A stretch of 63,331 bases of DNA, counting the filler, from Choristocarpus tenellus KU-1152 (lineage: Eukaryota > Protista > Phaeophyceae): the NCBI GenBank assembly GCA_964200185.2. It is 11 parts of 11 records of this genome, joined end to end, with 100 filler letters (N's around TTAATTAATTAA, not from the genome) between each part and the next. Parts side by side here need not be neighbours in the genome. Positions count along the whole stretch, not along the records: positions 36,817 to 40,483 come from CAXNAD020018622.1; positions 40,584 to 49,767 come from CAXNAD020003902.1; positions 49,868 to 52,749 come from CAXNAD020023955.1; 8 more parts are not named here. One strand, 5' to 3'. Every line of letters starts with the position of its first letter. Position 1 is the stretch's first letter. The notes below the pieces were generated by a model that made no database searches, had not been told where the DNA came from, and saw nothing but the letters and a program-made list of their open reading frames with translations. Positions 38,406 through 51,490 of the stretch are shown here, in pieces. The translations under genes and the position numbers were made by a program.

Positions 38406-38477
38406 CTACCTCACCGGGAATCGAACCCGGATCTCGCCCGCGACAGGGGCGAATGCTAACCATTATACCACGAAGCC
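38406..38477 (-). tRNA. tRNA-Asp(GTC)-like gene, atypical (possibly pseudogene or SINE head)
   Basis: Minus strand GGCTTCG TG GTATAATGGTTAGCATT CGCCC CTGTCGC GGGCG AGAT CCGGG TTCGATT CCCGG TGAGGTA G. Anticodon and T stems are perfect; acceptor stem has three G-U pairs and a G1-A72 mismatch. Confidence 0.7.
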
Positions 38478-39932
38478 ATATATACATGCACGGAATGTAC
38501 GCTCTGTGTTTCTATATGCAGTCATTCCTTCAAAAAGATCTGACGACGTATCAGTATTGTGTGGAAACCCTCTTGGACAAAGGCTCCAACTCCATGGACA
38601 GAACAGGAACACATGATCAAGGCAAATCTCAACTGTCTGGTTCTGGTGGTGAACTATCTGATTTGGGATCTACACGTATAGTTCGATACTATGTCTGCAT
38701 TCCTCCAAATCATCAGTGCGGAGACACCCGACTCGACTCCGTCACTGATGGTCTGCACAGAGCACGAGCGGTGAGGATGAGAGAGCAATAGATCGAGAAC
38801 GTTGTTCGTGAATTCTGGTCGACCTTGTCGGAGGGAAACGATTTGACCAAATTTTATAGAGTTATCAGTACCAGGAAGTAGTCTGATGGTGGGTAATAAC
38901 CCCTCCCATCACCCGTCTATCACGTCCAATCGATCTTTTCGCAGGCAGCATCTATCGTTCAGGCTTCTCTATTCTGACGCCCACTCCTGGAAGTTGTCAG
39001 GTCATAGAATTCATGTTGCATATCGTAGACTCACTGTTTTTGATCCACTGGGCGTTCTCAATGTGGGATGCATTCGTCGACAGTCTTGCTTGAAATGGAG
39101 GGAGCCAATCCTTGGATACGATCAACATTTTTACATCTGCGGCACTGCAGTGCATGTTCATTCGCCCTCCCCATAGTATGGGTAGTCAATACTGCTCCTT
39201 TTTCAGTATTATAGAATATATCTGGAGTAGAACATAGAAGATGGCATAACCACTCTTGGCATTTCCCCTTCTACTAAACATCAGGTATGCTCGATAATCC
39301 TAATCACCTGAAGCTACTTTGATTCGCAATACTTCTTACACAGCAGGGTTGAAGCGCACAATGTTGAATTGTGATTACATCTCTAGTGACGAGTATCCTC
39401 AGGAGGAGTTATTGATAGCATTGCCATGGGCCAGTTCGCTGTGATGACCCACGACTATCCCTTCAATCCCTCTATTCCATTCCTTGTCATGCTTAAGATT
39501 TCTCTTCAATGCCGGGGAGGGGACTCAGCGACTGTGTATGGAACACAAGTTGCGAATAGGAAAGACGGAAAACATTTTCCTCACTCAGATTACCTCGGAC
39601 ACTGTAGGTGGCCTTCCAGGTGAATTCAAGCAATCCCTGCCCAGCACCTCCCTCACCCTCGTCCCCTCCCCGTAAGGGGACTCTTTCCTCTGCACAGTCC
39701 TCAGTCCTGTCTGTAACTCTTTTGAGTAAACGCTACCATGCTCCAACCCTGCAGCATCTATGAATACCTTCCTCACTCAATACCTACACCGCCCTACCTC
39801 CATCTACCCTCTGTGTAGCGATGTTGACACTCTAGTGGTTCTGATGCATGCGCCCTTCAACAAACTTCGTCACAATTCTTTTGTAGGGACAAGGAAGGCA
39901 CTTCTTATGGAGGAGATTGCTAGGGTTTTGCC

Positions 39933-39966
<34 letters not shown>

Positions 39967-40154
39967 CCAACCCTCTCCTCACTGTTGTACAGTAGTAGAT
40001 GCGCCCTAAAGATTCAATGGAAGTATAGCTCAAAATGGGCAAGAAATTCGTATGTAATGAATGTGCTATAGGAATGGGGGGTGAGGGGACGGGATGTGGA
40101 ATAGTGTCTGTAGTGTCTAGGCAGCAGAATCAGTAACATGGTTGATGTTGACAG

Positions 40155-40232
40155 GTATATCATGTCTTGTGACCTCTGTGCTAGGACCAATGACCCAGAT
40201 TAGATTTTGCTCAAATTTGACGGTTGTGATAG
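40155..40232 (+). pseudogene. Degenerate PHD-finger exon
   Basis: IMSCDLCARTNDPD*ILLKFDGCDR followed by gtaag donor; CxxC...ILLxCDGCD pattern with an in-frame TAG at 40201 and C>F. Confidence 0.45.
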
Positions 40233-42539
40233 GTAAGGATTACGATGTCCCTCCCCACCCTGAAATTCTTGTTCTGAGGTCAAACGTGGTTAGAACTCCC
40301 TGATGGTGGTGATAAAACATCCAAATGCAAGGAGCAGAAGTCACAAACTATTTTTTTTTTCCCTTCATCCAGTGCGATCCAACCAAGTGTGTAAAAATGA
40401 GTTTCCACCTTCAATGATTGCTGCTTCCTCTTTGTCACGTCAGGTAGAAACATTGTGAGCTTGATAAGAGGGGGGGGGGGTTGNNNNNNNNNNNNNNNNN
40501 NNNNNNNNNNNNNNNNNNNNNNNNNNNTTAATTAATTAANNNNNNNNNNNNNNNNNNNNNNNNNNNNNNNNNNNNNNNNNNNNCATCTTTGATGTTGCTC
40601 ATCACACCTAAGTATAAACTTGACCAACCTTAACCTCGTACCCTCGGTCACGGTTCGTCCTTGTTGCCCGGTGATTCTCTTCGCCACCCTTGCCTGAGTG
40701 AACCACGCCGCCACAGAATCACACGATTCACATATGCACTGTAACATTTTCCAGATGTGAGGGGGAAAAAATAATGAGAACTATTCACATGTCTCTTATT
40801 CTGATTTATATATATATATATACTTGCTGTAAAAGCGTGAATTTTAATGTTTGGATTGTTGTGGACTATTTCGAAACACAAACTAAAATTCAGTTTCTTC
40901 AATGGTACTTTCTGTAGTCATGGTTTGTCAAAAAGAGAATAAATGTATGGGTTCTAAAAACGTTCAAAATAGAGGGAGTTTACCACATACACGTTGTACA
41001 CTAAAGATGATATTTATATCACCATTCTTACATTCACGTATGTACAGCGGATTGTGTATTGCTCTTACGTTCGTATATGTAAGTATCTTCAGACAGATGA
41101 CGACCAGGCGTTCGCCGCGCGCACTATGCGATTACGTGGATTGACTTTGGAATCGTCGAAAAGAACCAAAAAAGGTCGTTACACCATGAGGACAGTGCAT
41201 CCTGTCAATCTATGGCAAAGTGGAGGCATCTTGGGAGGCGTATAAACTTATGGTATATCAAAATTTGTCTTAGCTATAGGACGTTTCACCATATATTTCG
41301 CAGTCAAAGTGAACACGAGGTACCCACACTTGCATTTTCAGGATGCTGATAAGCACGTGCAAAATTCGTTTCTTAAACAAATAGATATAGGATATTTGAT
41401 AAATTCTGTTTAAAATTTTAAAACAATAGAGAAATCAACGCTCTCAAGTCAAACCCACTACTTCATGCATATAATATATGGGTGAATTTGGAAAATATGA
41501 AAACTGGCTTTATATGGAAAATGATAAAATTTTGTCTTCCCACATATTCGTACGTAAGTAATTAACGGTAGTATAATTTTACATCTCAGTGTATACCAGT
41601 ATCTAATCGTGAATTCTTCGCAGTAGTCTTACGGGTTCTGAACCAGTGGTCGACTTGAAAAGGTCGTACAAAGATTGCAACACCACTACACACAAAAAAA
41701 AAACACTGGCTGACACTATTCACAATGAAAGGCACTGCAAGAACGAAGATAGGAAAAAATGTGAAACAGGTCCAACATAATAGGTTGTTCAGATCGAAGG
41801 GGAAAGAGAAGACCCGTAAGAGGGTATGGAAAGGAGGTAGGCAAGGAGGAAGGGCGATAAAGTCCATGAAGGTCACACAGAAACGTTATGAAGACATGAG
41901 TGAGTGGGCATGAAAGCTCCACTCAACCTTTCTGATGCTGATGTGATGAGAAGGGGAATAATGATGCGATGAGATTAAACTGTTCTTGGGATTTATATGT
42001 AACATTGATGACACATGAACAGAGTCGGACGCAATCTGTTTGAAGGAAGAGCACCTCAAAGGTAGCTTTAAATAAATGTGACTATCTCATAACCAGAAAA
42101 AACAGAATGGAGAATGAATCTATGACAAGGGTATACATATATAGAAATAAAGTAGGCCAAGAGATAAACCCAACCAAGCAAAACACCCTAAAAAACAACT
42201 ATCAGAAACCCCAAAGGTAGTCCAAAGAAGGCAATATATTCTCCTTGAGAATAGGCAACAATATTTATGTAGTATAGAAAACAAAGCAATGGAGAAAATA
42301 GAAGAAAAGGAAAGAATAGAAACTGAAGGTGAAAAAACGAGAAACAATCTAACTGAAAAACAACACTAGGGGAAGAGGGAAGAAAAAAAAGAAAAAAGGG
42401 CAAAGGATGCAAGAAAACCAACCCAAAAGAGAGAGTGACGAAAAAAGAACAGCATTCAGACAAAATTGATGGTGGTGGTGTTTGTGATTGGGAGACCTTA
42501 GCGACTGCTTTGGTGTGACGTACACAATCTATCACAGAT

Positions 42540-43460
42540 TCCTTGGGTTGCCACTCTGCCATGATGAAGGTCTTTTTGCTGTCCGCCATGCCTTCGTATC
42601 ACCTGGTGCTCGACCGCAATCCCAAACTTCTCAAGGTCGTCTTGGAGGCATGTCCGCCAGTTCTTTTCCTGCCCACCTTGCTCCTGTTTTCCAGCTACAA
42701 GCCCTCGAGACATCAATCAATGCCTTAGATAGTCCCTCAACCCCCATGCGTGCATCTGACCCACCACTAAAAGGGAGTTCTCCACTTGTGGACCATTACC
42801 TCGATATTGTTACACTCAGTCTTCACAAGAGCATCTTTCTTTGTAGGACGGGAGATGACCGGTTTATTCCCGTTTATTTGTGAAAACCTATATAGCAGAG
42901 GAGGAATTTGTGGTGATGGGAATGAAGCGTTCAGATCATGAGCCTGACAGAGTGTCTAGGTCATAAAACAATATAAACAGAACTGCAAGCAGCACTTCAT
43001 TCAGCCCTGAGCATTATTGAAATATTAAGCTCAATCGAGAAACCTGAGGTCCTGTCATGAAGCACTTGGCTGTACTTGCGGCAACAACCCCAGGCTTTCT
43101 AATCCCTACTGATGGTGCCCTTAAGCTAGACTGATCTATCAGTCTGCTTGCAGGGCTGGTTCATCCAGTGCCTGGGTCTGCTTGACTTTGTCAGCCTGGT
43201 TAGGTGGCCGAAGGCACATGGTCTCCATCTTTAATGCTGACACAGTCAGACCTAATTGATCTGGCCACCTTCACAAGCACTGTCATCATCCTGGCCAAAC
43301 TTCCTTGGATTTTGGTGACAATACTCGCACCATCAGCACAAAGGGGAGCATGCGCACCCACCCCGGTGTGAAGGCCCTGTACAACCACAAACCAGTCTGT
43401 GCCTCCTGTATCCTCCGTGAAGGGGGTGGAAGTACTTCTGAGACTTTCGTCCAAAAACTA
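42540..43460 (-). mobile_element. Decayed non-LTR retrotransposon (RTE-like LINE), RT and C-terminal region
   Basis: LCADGASIVTKIQGSLARMMTVLVKV (degenerate YADD motif region) at ~43270-43360; GGQEKNWRTCLQDDLEKFGI (RTE C-terminal motif) at ~42615-42680; multiple stops and frameshifts. Confidence 0.75.
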
Positions 43461-45322
43461 TGTTGTGTATGAAGATACCATGCTGTCGACACATTGGGCA
43501 AGAACATAAGCTGTGTCTTTGGTTGGCTTTGCTTGCTTGACACTACATCTTCTCTTCAGAGGATTTTTCCAGCAGTCAATAGAATCTAGTTCAGAAAAAA
43601 CATGGAAAGTGCACCCGCACCTTCATCATCACCAACCTGGTTAGATCCGAAGAGGAATTGTCTCCGATAGTACTAACGTTAATAGTGCACACTTTGCGGC
43701 AACAAAACTCAAGAAGGAATGGCATAGCGTCGGGAGAGACTTTGTATTAAGGAGCCAAACCAATTGAGATGCAGGTTTGGCCCCCCTTCTGCATTCTAAG
43801 CCATCTTTCTTACCCTGTGCACTCTTCTCTATTTCAGTGGTATATATACGCAATAGTGTACGCGAAATTGACATTCCCCTTTGTACACACACAAAATAGA
43901 GTACACGACACTTGAGCAAATTCTTCCATCTCCAAATGTACAGTACGTTGTCGTTTTAACTCTTTCGGGGGATCCTCGAAATGCAGACACGAAATGCAGC
44001 CCCTGCCTACCTCTCAATGTGTTTGGCCCTAACAGCACAGTACATTTCCTTGGAAGTGGTGCTGCTATTAGTAGGAGTGGTTTCTGTTGTCTGTGTGTCA
44101 TTGTCTTGATGTGCAATTTACTTCATTTTTTTGCTATTCTCTGTGTTGCTAATCTGAAGAAAATGTGTACTTCTAAGTAGTTTAGTAGTTTCGCTTGTTT
44201 CTTTTTCTGAATGATGGATGAAGGGTTGGCAGAGAACGAACACTAGGGAGGTTGGTTTTTATTCCTGGTGTGTACTGAAACCTGTGATACTCTTTTTACA
44301 CTCAGTTCCTGTACTTTTTCTTCTTCCTGTTTGTCTTTGAACTGACATGTATCTGATTTCGACTTAGGTCTGAACATGTATTTGTTGCTTCCTTCTCCAA
44401 GAAAACACCTCCTACACCTACTCCATCCATTGGCTACTTACCGTGTATCATACAAAATGGACATATCTGGAAAATGTCAAAGGTCATAACAATATTTAAT
44501 GGAGACCCTACTTACTACCGGCATACACCCTTTTCTGTTACTTTCCATTTTGGAACGGACCCATCGAACAGAAGAATTATTATTAAGCATCTTTACAGTA
44601 TCTCTCACCTTCAATAACCTCAAATATCCAGGACCCTCGAACAATTTCGAATACACATTAAAAAAAAACACCTACCTCCAATACGATTCGGTCATGGTGG
44701 TATGGAGGCAATATACAGCCTCTGTCATCAGTATCCCTGGGGCAATCCAATCTAGGGTTTCAGTCGACATTTGTTGAGTTTTGGCAAAGGTATCGTGCAT
44801 TGCCTGGACAATTATATTCTCCTTACCATGCTAAAGAGGTGACGTGGGTTCCCCTTCACGCTGATTTACTAGAACATCATTAAGACCTGTCTTTGTGGAT
44901 GTATTGCTTCCCTATTTTTTGTTTGTCAAACCTGCTTGCAACTCTTTGCTCATGGTTTGTGTCCCCGAGCATTCATTTACCTCTTACATGGCTTGAGGCT
45001 ATCCATGGCCAGTTTTTTTGTGTCCACAATTTTTGGAAGAATCCTTCGAGCAATCGTAATCTCTATTGGGCAATAGCACATATTTGTTCAAACTCAGGGG
45101 CAGGCCGTCACCTTGCAAACAAAGGCCAGTCACCACACCACGCAACCACCCCTTTCGACATCCCTTTACACTCATCTCGTCGTTGACCGACACATTTTGC
45201 TACGATAGAATCCATCTCACTCACCTACGAGGACACTGTCACCCCCCCTCACCTCCTATATTACCCTTTGTTTTACCATTCAAAGGTCGTTCCAGGTGCA
45301 CTCTCAATCTGTAGTGCACGAC

Positions 45323-47112
45323 ATGGATGCTGACGTCGTGTGCGGTATCTCTGTCCAGCATCATGGGCTGATACTACTTGCAGCCTCCCGCTTTGCCCTA
45401 GTCGCCAAGCTCCAGTTGGTGTCCCTAGCGATTTGCCGTGCATGTAGAGAGAGTGCGGAGTGGAAGGTGATCATGCACCCAATGACACCCGCCACCTTGT
45501 GGGCTATGCTCAATGCCAACGAGAGCAGTGGCGACTACTCGAGAGTTCCACATCTCAAGTTGGTGCGACAGATCCTATTCCTAGAGAACACTCCAGTAAC
45601 CAACCTCCTTTGGCCAGTGAGCGTTCGCGCCATTGTGTTTGGTAGTCTTTTCAACCAGTCGATATCGGATGTGGTCTGGCCGCGGGAACTTCATTGCCTA
45701 GTCTTTGGAAACAGTTTCAATCAACAGGTCAAGGATGTGAGCTGGCCAGCAGGACTGCAGGTGCTCCGCTTTTGGGGAGACTTTAACCAATCGCTGGAAG
45801 GTGTAGCATGGCCCCAGGGACTCCGTGAGATAAAACTCGGGGATGCATTCAACCAGCCCATCGAGGAGGTTATTTGGCCAGAAGGGCTGAGAGAGTTCCA
45901 TGTGGGGGGACTGTTTAACCACCCAATAGGAGGGATTGCCTGGCCATGGGGCTTGCTGTACTTGAAACTGGGTGGCCGGTTCAACCAATCCATAGTGGAA
46001 TCGAGTTTTCCGGTGGGTTTGCAGAAGCTCACCATGGGAGAGAGCTTTAACCAACCCATCTTAGGGGTTATCTGGCCCACAAAACTTCGGCAGTTGCATC
46101 TAGGGCCCAGCTTTAACCAGCCAATCGAGGGAGTCACCTGGCCAGCCGGACTACAGACTCTTATTCTTGGTATGGACTTCAACCAGCCCATTGAGGGTGT
46201 GGTGTGGCCAACTTGCCTGAAGATACTCGAGTTCGGCGAGGACTTCAACCATCCCATCGAGAAATGCTCCTGGCCACCTGGGCTGAAGGTCAGAGCCGTT
46301 GCTATGTGCGAGTGAGAATTTAACATACTACTGCTCATACAGTCGTCTGCACTATGTGGTAGCCAGACGTGGTCCCCCAAAATGAAACACAGGAGAAAAC
46401 AATGTACCAGTAGGTTTCAACTTCTGCCACTAAGAGAAAGGTGAGAGTCAAAGTAAACGAGAGGTACCCAGGTTTGGCATTTTTTTCATTTCAAGTCCGT
46501 TTTTCAATCTTCTGCAATTCACCTATACTTCTATGGATGAAGTGCTAAGTTTGATTGGAGAGGGTTGATTTCTCTATTGTTCGAAAAGTTTCAACAGAAG
46601 TCAGAAAATTTCATACATGCGCATCTGTAAAAAGTCAAATTTTGCACATATTTGTCGGCATCCTTAAATTGCAACTCTGGGTACCTCCCGTTTACTTTGA
46701 CTCTGATCTGAATGCTTTCATTGAATCATGAGGAACCCTGTAATATAGGATAAGTTTAGGCTACATTTGAACTTGTGCCTAAAGGTAGGATCATCCTCCC
46801 ACAATCTGAATATATCAGTCTCAATCACTACCTAGGGTAGCAAATGGAAGCATCAGTTCTCACCACTATCGGTTTGCATGTTGTACCCATTTAAATCGAT
46901 AGACCCTCAGATTTGGAGGCGACTTCAATCAGCCCTTGGCTGGTGTGATGTGGCCTCCGGGACTGAAGATACTCGAGTTTGGTGGGAGTTTTGACCAGCC
47001 CATCCACGATGTGGTGTGGCCAGCAGGGTTGGAGGAGCTGGACCTTGGAGATGGATTTGATCAAGATACTGAGTTCGTCATTTGGCCTGATTCTCTCTTG
47101 AATCGACGCTGA
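45323..47112 (+). CDS. FNIP-repeat (22-aa LRR-like) protein, 2 exons
   Basis: Exon 1 45323(ATG)-46288, phase-0 GT-AG intron 46289-46902, exon 2 46903-47112 (TGA). The spliced protein has 13 complete units of consensus WPxGLxxLxFGxxFNQPIxxVx plus a partial unit. The true start could be further upstream. Confidence 0.9.
46445..46703. mobile_element. MITE type C (259 bp) in FNIP intron
   Basis: 27-bp TIRs gagtcaaagtaaacg(a/g)gaggtacccag with 1 mismatch; TSD tga/tga. Confidence 0.9.
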
Positions 47113-49497
47113 GATGGATATATCATTTGCCACCATTATAACGCACATTGTCGCAATATATTGGACTTGTAGAGAGGATGGATTTTTGTGACGTGACATC
47201 TGTTTGTTGTAGGTTACGCGGTTGATATGCATGTAGTGGGGGTCCCTATTTTTCTCTGATTTTTTTGTTGATCAAGACTAGGTTATGTGAAGGGGTGAAT
47301 CTTCCTGTTCTCAGACACGTGTGATGCCCTGCGATATTAGAGGGCATAACATACTCTTCCTTTGTGTTGTTACCAACAACGTTCTTCTCAGCACAGTTCA
47401 GATCATTTCACCGAACAAGTAGTGTTTAATACATTAAACTTATTTCAAGTAGGGAGAACTTTTTACAGAGTATATAGCACCCATGAGTACAGGTCTGTGG
47501 GGAGCAACAGTATTACTAGAAAATGGCATACTTGTTGCTGAAGAAATCACCGTGTAGATGATATTTTTAGAACCAAAACAACTTGAAGAATGAGAAAATA
47601 TATATACATACCTCGACATCGCCCTAAAGAAGTTACATGCTTTGTTGTTTAACATGGATTGCAGAACTCGAGCTGACTTGCTGACATAGGTGAAATGTGG
47701 CCTCAAACCTCTGAATATCGCCGACAGAAGATGATACCTTGAAGCTTTGCCTCAAATGATTTGGACCACTCAACTTCGATTTTTCTCAACTGTTGATTAA
47801 TAATATTGAGACTGGTCCTCACCAAAAACAAGGGGGCGTTGACTGACTGATGAATGGGTCAAATTAAATGTATTCTAGAGCCAGGTAGTTTAACGGAATA
47901 CATCTTACACATCAAGCAAGTCTATAATGACAGGCGTTTTTGGATCACAATTTAGAAATATCCCCTGTAGCACATGCTTTATGTTTGGAGTTTGTTGTTT
48001 ATTCACTTATAAAATTGTTTTGTATGAAGAGGAGGTGGGAGGCACAGGGAGGTAGAGTATCACTCTGACGACGCAGATACGCCATCAAGGTGGTGTTAGT
48101 ATTTGCAAAACTACTACAAATGTTATAGGTTGCTTCACGTTCTGCCTTTTTGGACTGTGTTCATGTCTACAAAAGGAGCTTGATAGTACAACACTACACC
48201 AGTGTCATTTATCACTAATGTTGTGTGTAAGCTGCATTGAGGATTTTTTGTACTCCCTCCTCTACGTCAGTTTTAATTACGCATGAAATGCAAAACGTGC
48301 TTTATATCCGATGAGAGTGTCTCTCGTAACCACACCACACCACCATCACATGACCGTAGCGCATTTTTCTCAGACCCCCCTACTGCTGTACACGTCATCT
48401 GCTGGACCTTGACGTAGTTGTGACTCAGCACTCCTCAATTTGTTGCTAACCTTTATAGAAGGTCAAACCGGTGGAGTTGGCTACCCAAGACTTTTCATAC
48501 ACATGTGTTTCCTTTGCCGTCTACATAATTGCCATGCACAGGAATGGTTTAGAAAACCCTTCTTTTTCGTGCACAACCATGGAAGGGTCATGTTGTCATC
48601 ATCGATAAATTTACTGAAAAAGCCAAAACTGAAACTGTACTGCCTAATCAAGGCATACTTTATCAACTGGTTTTATCTTGTTATCTGATAATGTGATCCC
48701 CTTTGAGATTACATACCCAATCTCAATCTAATCCGGAATGTGCAATCTTCTCTAGTTCCACTTTCATAGTAAATGTACACTAGAGATACTGTATCATCAA
48801 CATCAAAATACAACCGTAACCATACTCTAAATCGATTTTGGATACACTTACAGTTGTGCAATCCCATTTCGAACCTTCGAAATTCCTTCGCGAACCGTTT
48901 CTTACTACTTTGGTAAAGGCAACGGTACTTGTTATCGTATCAGCATATTTCATGGCAAAAATCAACGATATATACTGTTGCTGCACACGTGCTATGAGAG
49001 GTACAACCCCACACACAGACCTTCCTCCCAGCTCCTCTATCCCCTTGACTACAACAACTATTGTTGTTTTTGAAAGGCCATTGTTGCGACCAATACACCA
49101 TTGGCAACATATCAGTGTCCAGTGAAAAAAAAGCCAGCATATAGATGTGCTCGAGTACTTGTGTGATACAATGTACAATATGAGGGGGAAGTATCGAGGC
49201 TCTTGGACCATAAATTGATATAAATTTCACTGTAACTGTTGTAGTGGGGCCATGGGTTTGGAACATGTGGTGTAGAATAGTTCTGAATATATGTTCTAGA
49301 ATATTTCGCGTTGAAAAATATGGTAGTCAATACGTTGGACACAGTTGTCTGCTGGAAGGCTAGAAAGGTAGAGCAGCCCATGCGGTGGAGGATGACTCAC
49401 TACCTCATCTGGAGTTGGATAACTCTACACCTACACACCAAAAAGGAGAATTTATGTAATCCTTTTTGGCTGTGGTCAGCTGAACAATATCTAATAT

Positions 49498-49531
<34 letters not shown>

Positions 49532-49587
49532 ACTATCATACAATTAACACAATTCAAAACAGGTTTGTTGATATGGTGGGCTGTAAA

Positions 49588-49760
49588 GGGTCAAAGTATC
49601 CAGGGGGGGTGTCGGCGTCCATTTTCCACCCTTTTTTCGATTTTCACTTTAGTGGTGTGATTTGGTCCCACGTGGTCGGATTTGAAATGTAAGAAAAAAA
49701 AAGAGTTGTTTGACCGAAACGGACGCACCCCCCCCACCCTCCCCCCACACACCCCCACCC
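49588..49760 (+). mobile_element. MITE type D (B-like termini, different interior), runs into contig end
   Basis: gggtcaaagtatccagggggggtgtcggcgtccatttt...gaccgaaacggacgcacccccc; related ends at 9345-9404, 21989-22042, 55940-55986. Confidence 0.65.
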
Positions 49761-49869
49761 AGCAACCNNNNNNNNNNNNNNNNNNNNNNNNNNNNNNNNN
49801 NNNNNNNNNNNTTAATTAATTAANNNNNNNNNNNNNNNNNNNNNNNNNNNNNNNNNNNNNNNNNNNNGA

Positions 49870-51490
49870 TCGTGTGAGGCTTCACACCTTCTTATCTTCA
49901 CTACTAACAAATAGCATTACCTCCCAAGGTAATTTGCACAATGGTCAGCAAACACCATTAACAAGCATTTGGATCCTCGCACATCTAGTTTGTGCTTTCG
50001 TTTGACCACCCACCGAATTCAGTCAATCTGCATTCCTCTCAGTGTAGTTACGCACAAGAGAAAATCCGACAGTGCATCTGTAGCACCATCCTTTTTGGGC
50101 AGGAATCGCATCCATTTCGTCTTGATGCTGTCGTTGACGAAGATCATGGAATATTTAGCAGCCCCCAAGGCTATGCAGCGGCTTAGGTCCACTCAAATCA
50201 GTGAATACCCTCTCAAGTTTCCTGGTTGCCCAAGATTCCGTGCTACATGGCACTGGAGCAAGGTGAGCTTTGGTCTGTGAACATCCAACACATGGTTCCC
50301 AAGTTCCAATGAGGCCAATTCCATTTGCTGTTGCAGTCTTGCGTGTCACCTCCAGACACATTTTTCATAGTGTTACACATTTAAATTATTCCGAAATCCG
50401 ACATGTTCACACAGAAACCGAAAAGCAGGATAAAATGTCCGAGCGAAGCCAAGCCCCAAACGGACAAACAGGGCAAAACTCCTACCCTCATATATGCTTT
50501 GGGTCTGGGGACATTTACTGCTGTAGTGTTCCTTCTTGCCCCAGGTGTAGCATTTTATCCGCTCCAACTGCAGTACCACACCCTGCCTTCTGGCTGTCAA
50601 AGCTGCTATCGTTCTCCCCTGATGAATAGCTATCCCGATCTTCAACTGGCGAGACCTGTTCACAACTTCCTGTTCCAACTCTGTTATTATGAGAGGTTTT
50701 ACTCTCATGAGCAACGTTCGTCGTTCCAGTTCATACTCCTCTGACAATCCTCCCAGAATGGTGACTTCCATTTCTTCATAGCTCACAGTTTGCCCCAAAG
50801 TAGTCAGGCTCTTCCCAAGTCGACACACCTTCAAGATATATGGTTGCGGTTCTTCCCCTAGTCCAAACCTGATGGACCGGAACTCCTCCCGTACCTGCTG
50901 TCTCTCGTCTAGAATACACAATTCATAATAATCGTACAAGGCATCCACAGTGATTTGTAGTCTCTCGTCTAGAATACACATTTCATAATAATCGTACAAG
51001 GCATCCATGGTGATTTGTGGTCTCTCGTGTTCCATCATGATCTCCAATACAATCGCCTTACGACCATTCAGAAGAGCCATCCGCCCCCTGTTATTAAAGG
51101 TATCCCAATCATCCGTGCTCCCTCAGTCTGCTCCTTCTTGGAGATGGTCCAGATCCCCGCTGAACGCACGAGATGTCCTTCTTGCCAATATAAAAGCGTG
51201 AAAACGAGTTTTCCATGCTATCTATTTCATCGGTCTCTCCATTCTGCATGGGTACCTCCAATCTGTATGTTGAATCCCTTCTCCTCTGCAGGGGTTGTTG
51301 TACCTGCTGCTCCTGTTGTACCAGCAGCCTTGGCACAGCCTGCCCTTCTTGCTGGGTCAACCCAGCTTCCACAGCCTTAGCTACGCCCAAGGCAACATGC
51401 TCCCCTAGGTGTGCCTCGACCCTCTCTGCTACTCTCAATTCAACGGCTGCGTCAACTTTTGCCGCCATGTTCTGGTCACTATCCAAAGCC
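49870..51490 (-). mobile_element. Decayed Ty1/Copia LTR retrotransposon (gag, pre-integrase, integrase start)
   Basis: gag: ILGGLSEEYELERRTL and zinc knuckle CYTWGKKEHYSSKCP (second C>W). pol: CVGCSQTKAH...KLERVFTDLSGPK...SLGG, then frameshifted KYSMIFVND...KWMRFLPKK (rve start). The protease region is absent. Confidence 0.88.
50351..50505 (-). mobile_element. Partial MITE type A variant at the gag/pol deletion junction of the Copia remnant
   Basis: gccccaaacggacaaacagggcaaaactcctaccctcatatatgctttgggtc matches the A-variant end. Confidence 0.75.

Noticed and set aside
45698-46380. Antisense repetitive ORFs (219 aa and 118 aa)
   Set aside because: Shadows of the FNIP repeat coding strand.
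48780-49380. Possible Merlin/IS1595-like transposase remnant
   Set aside because: Only vague similarity; no catalytic motifs or TIRs could be identified.
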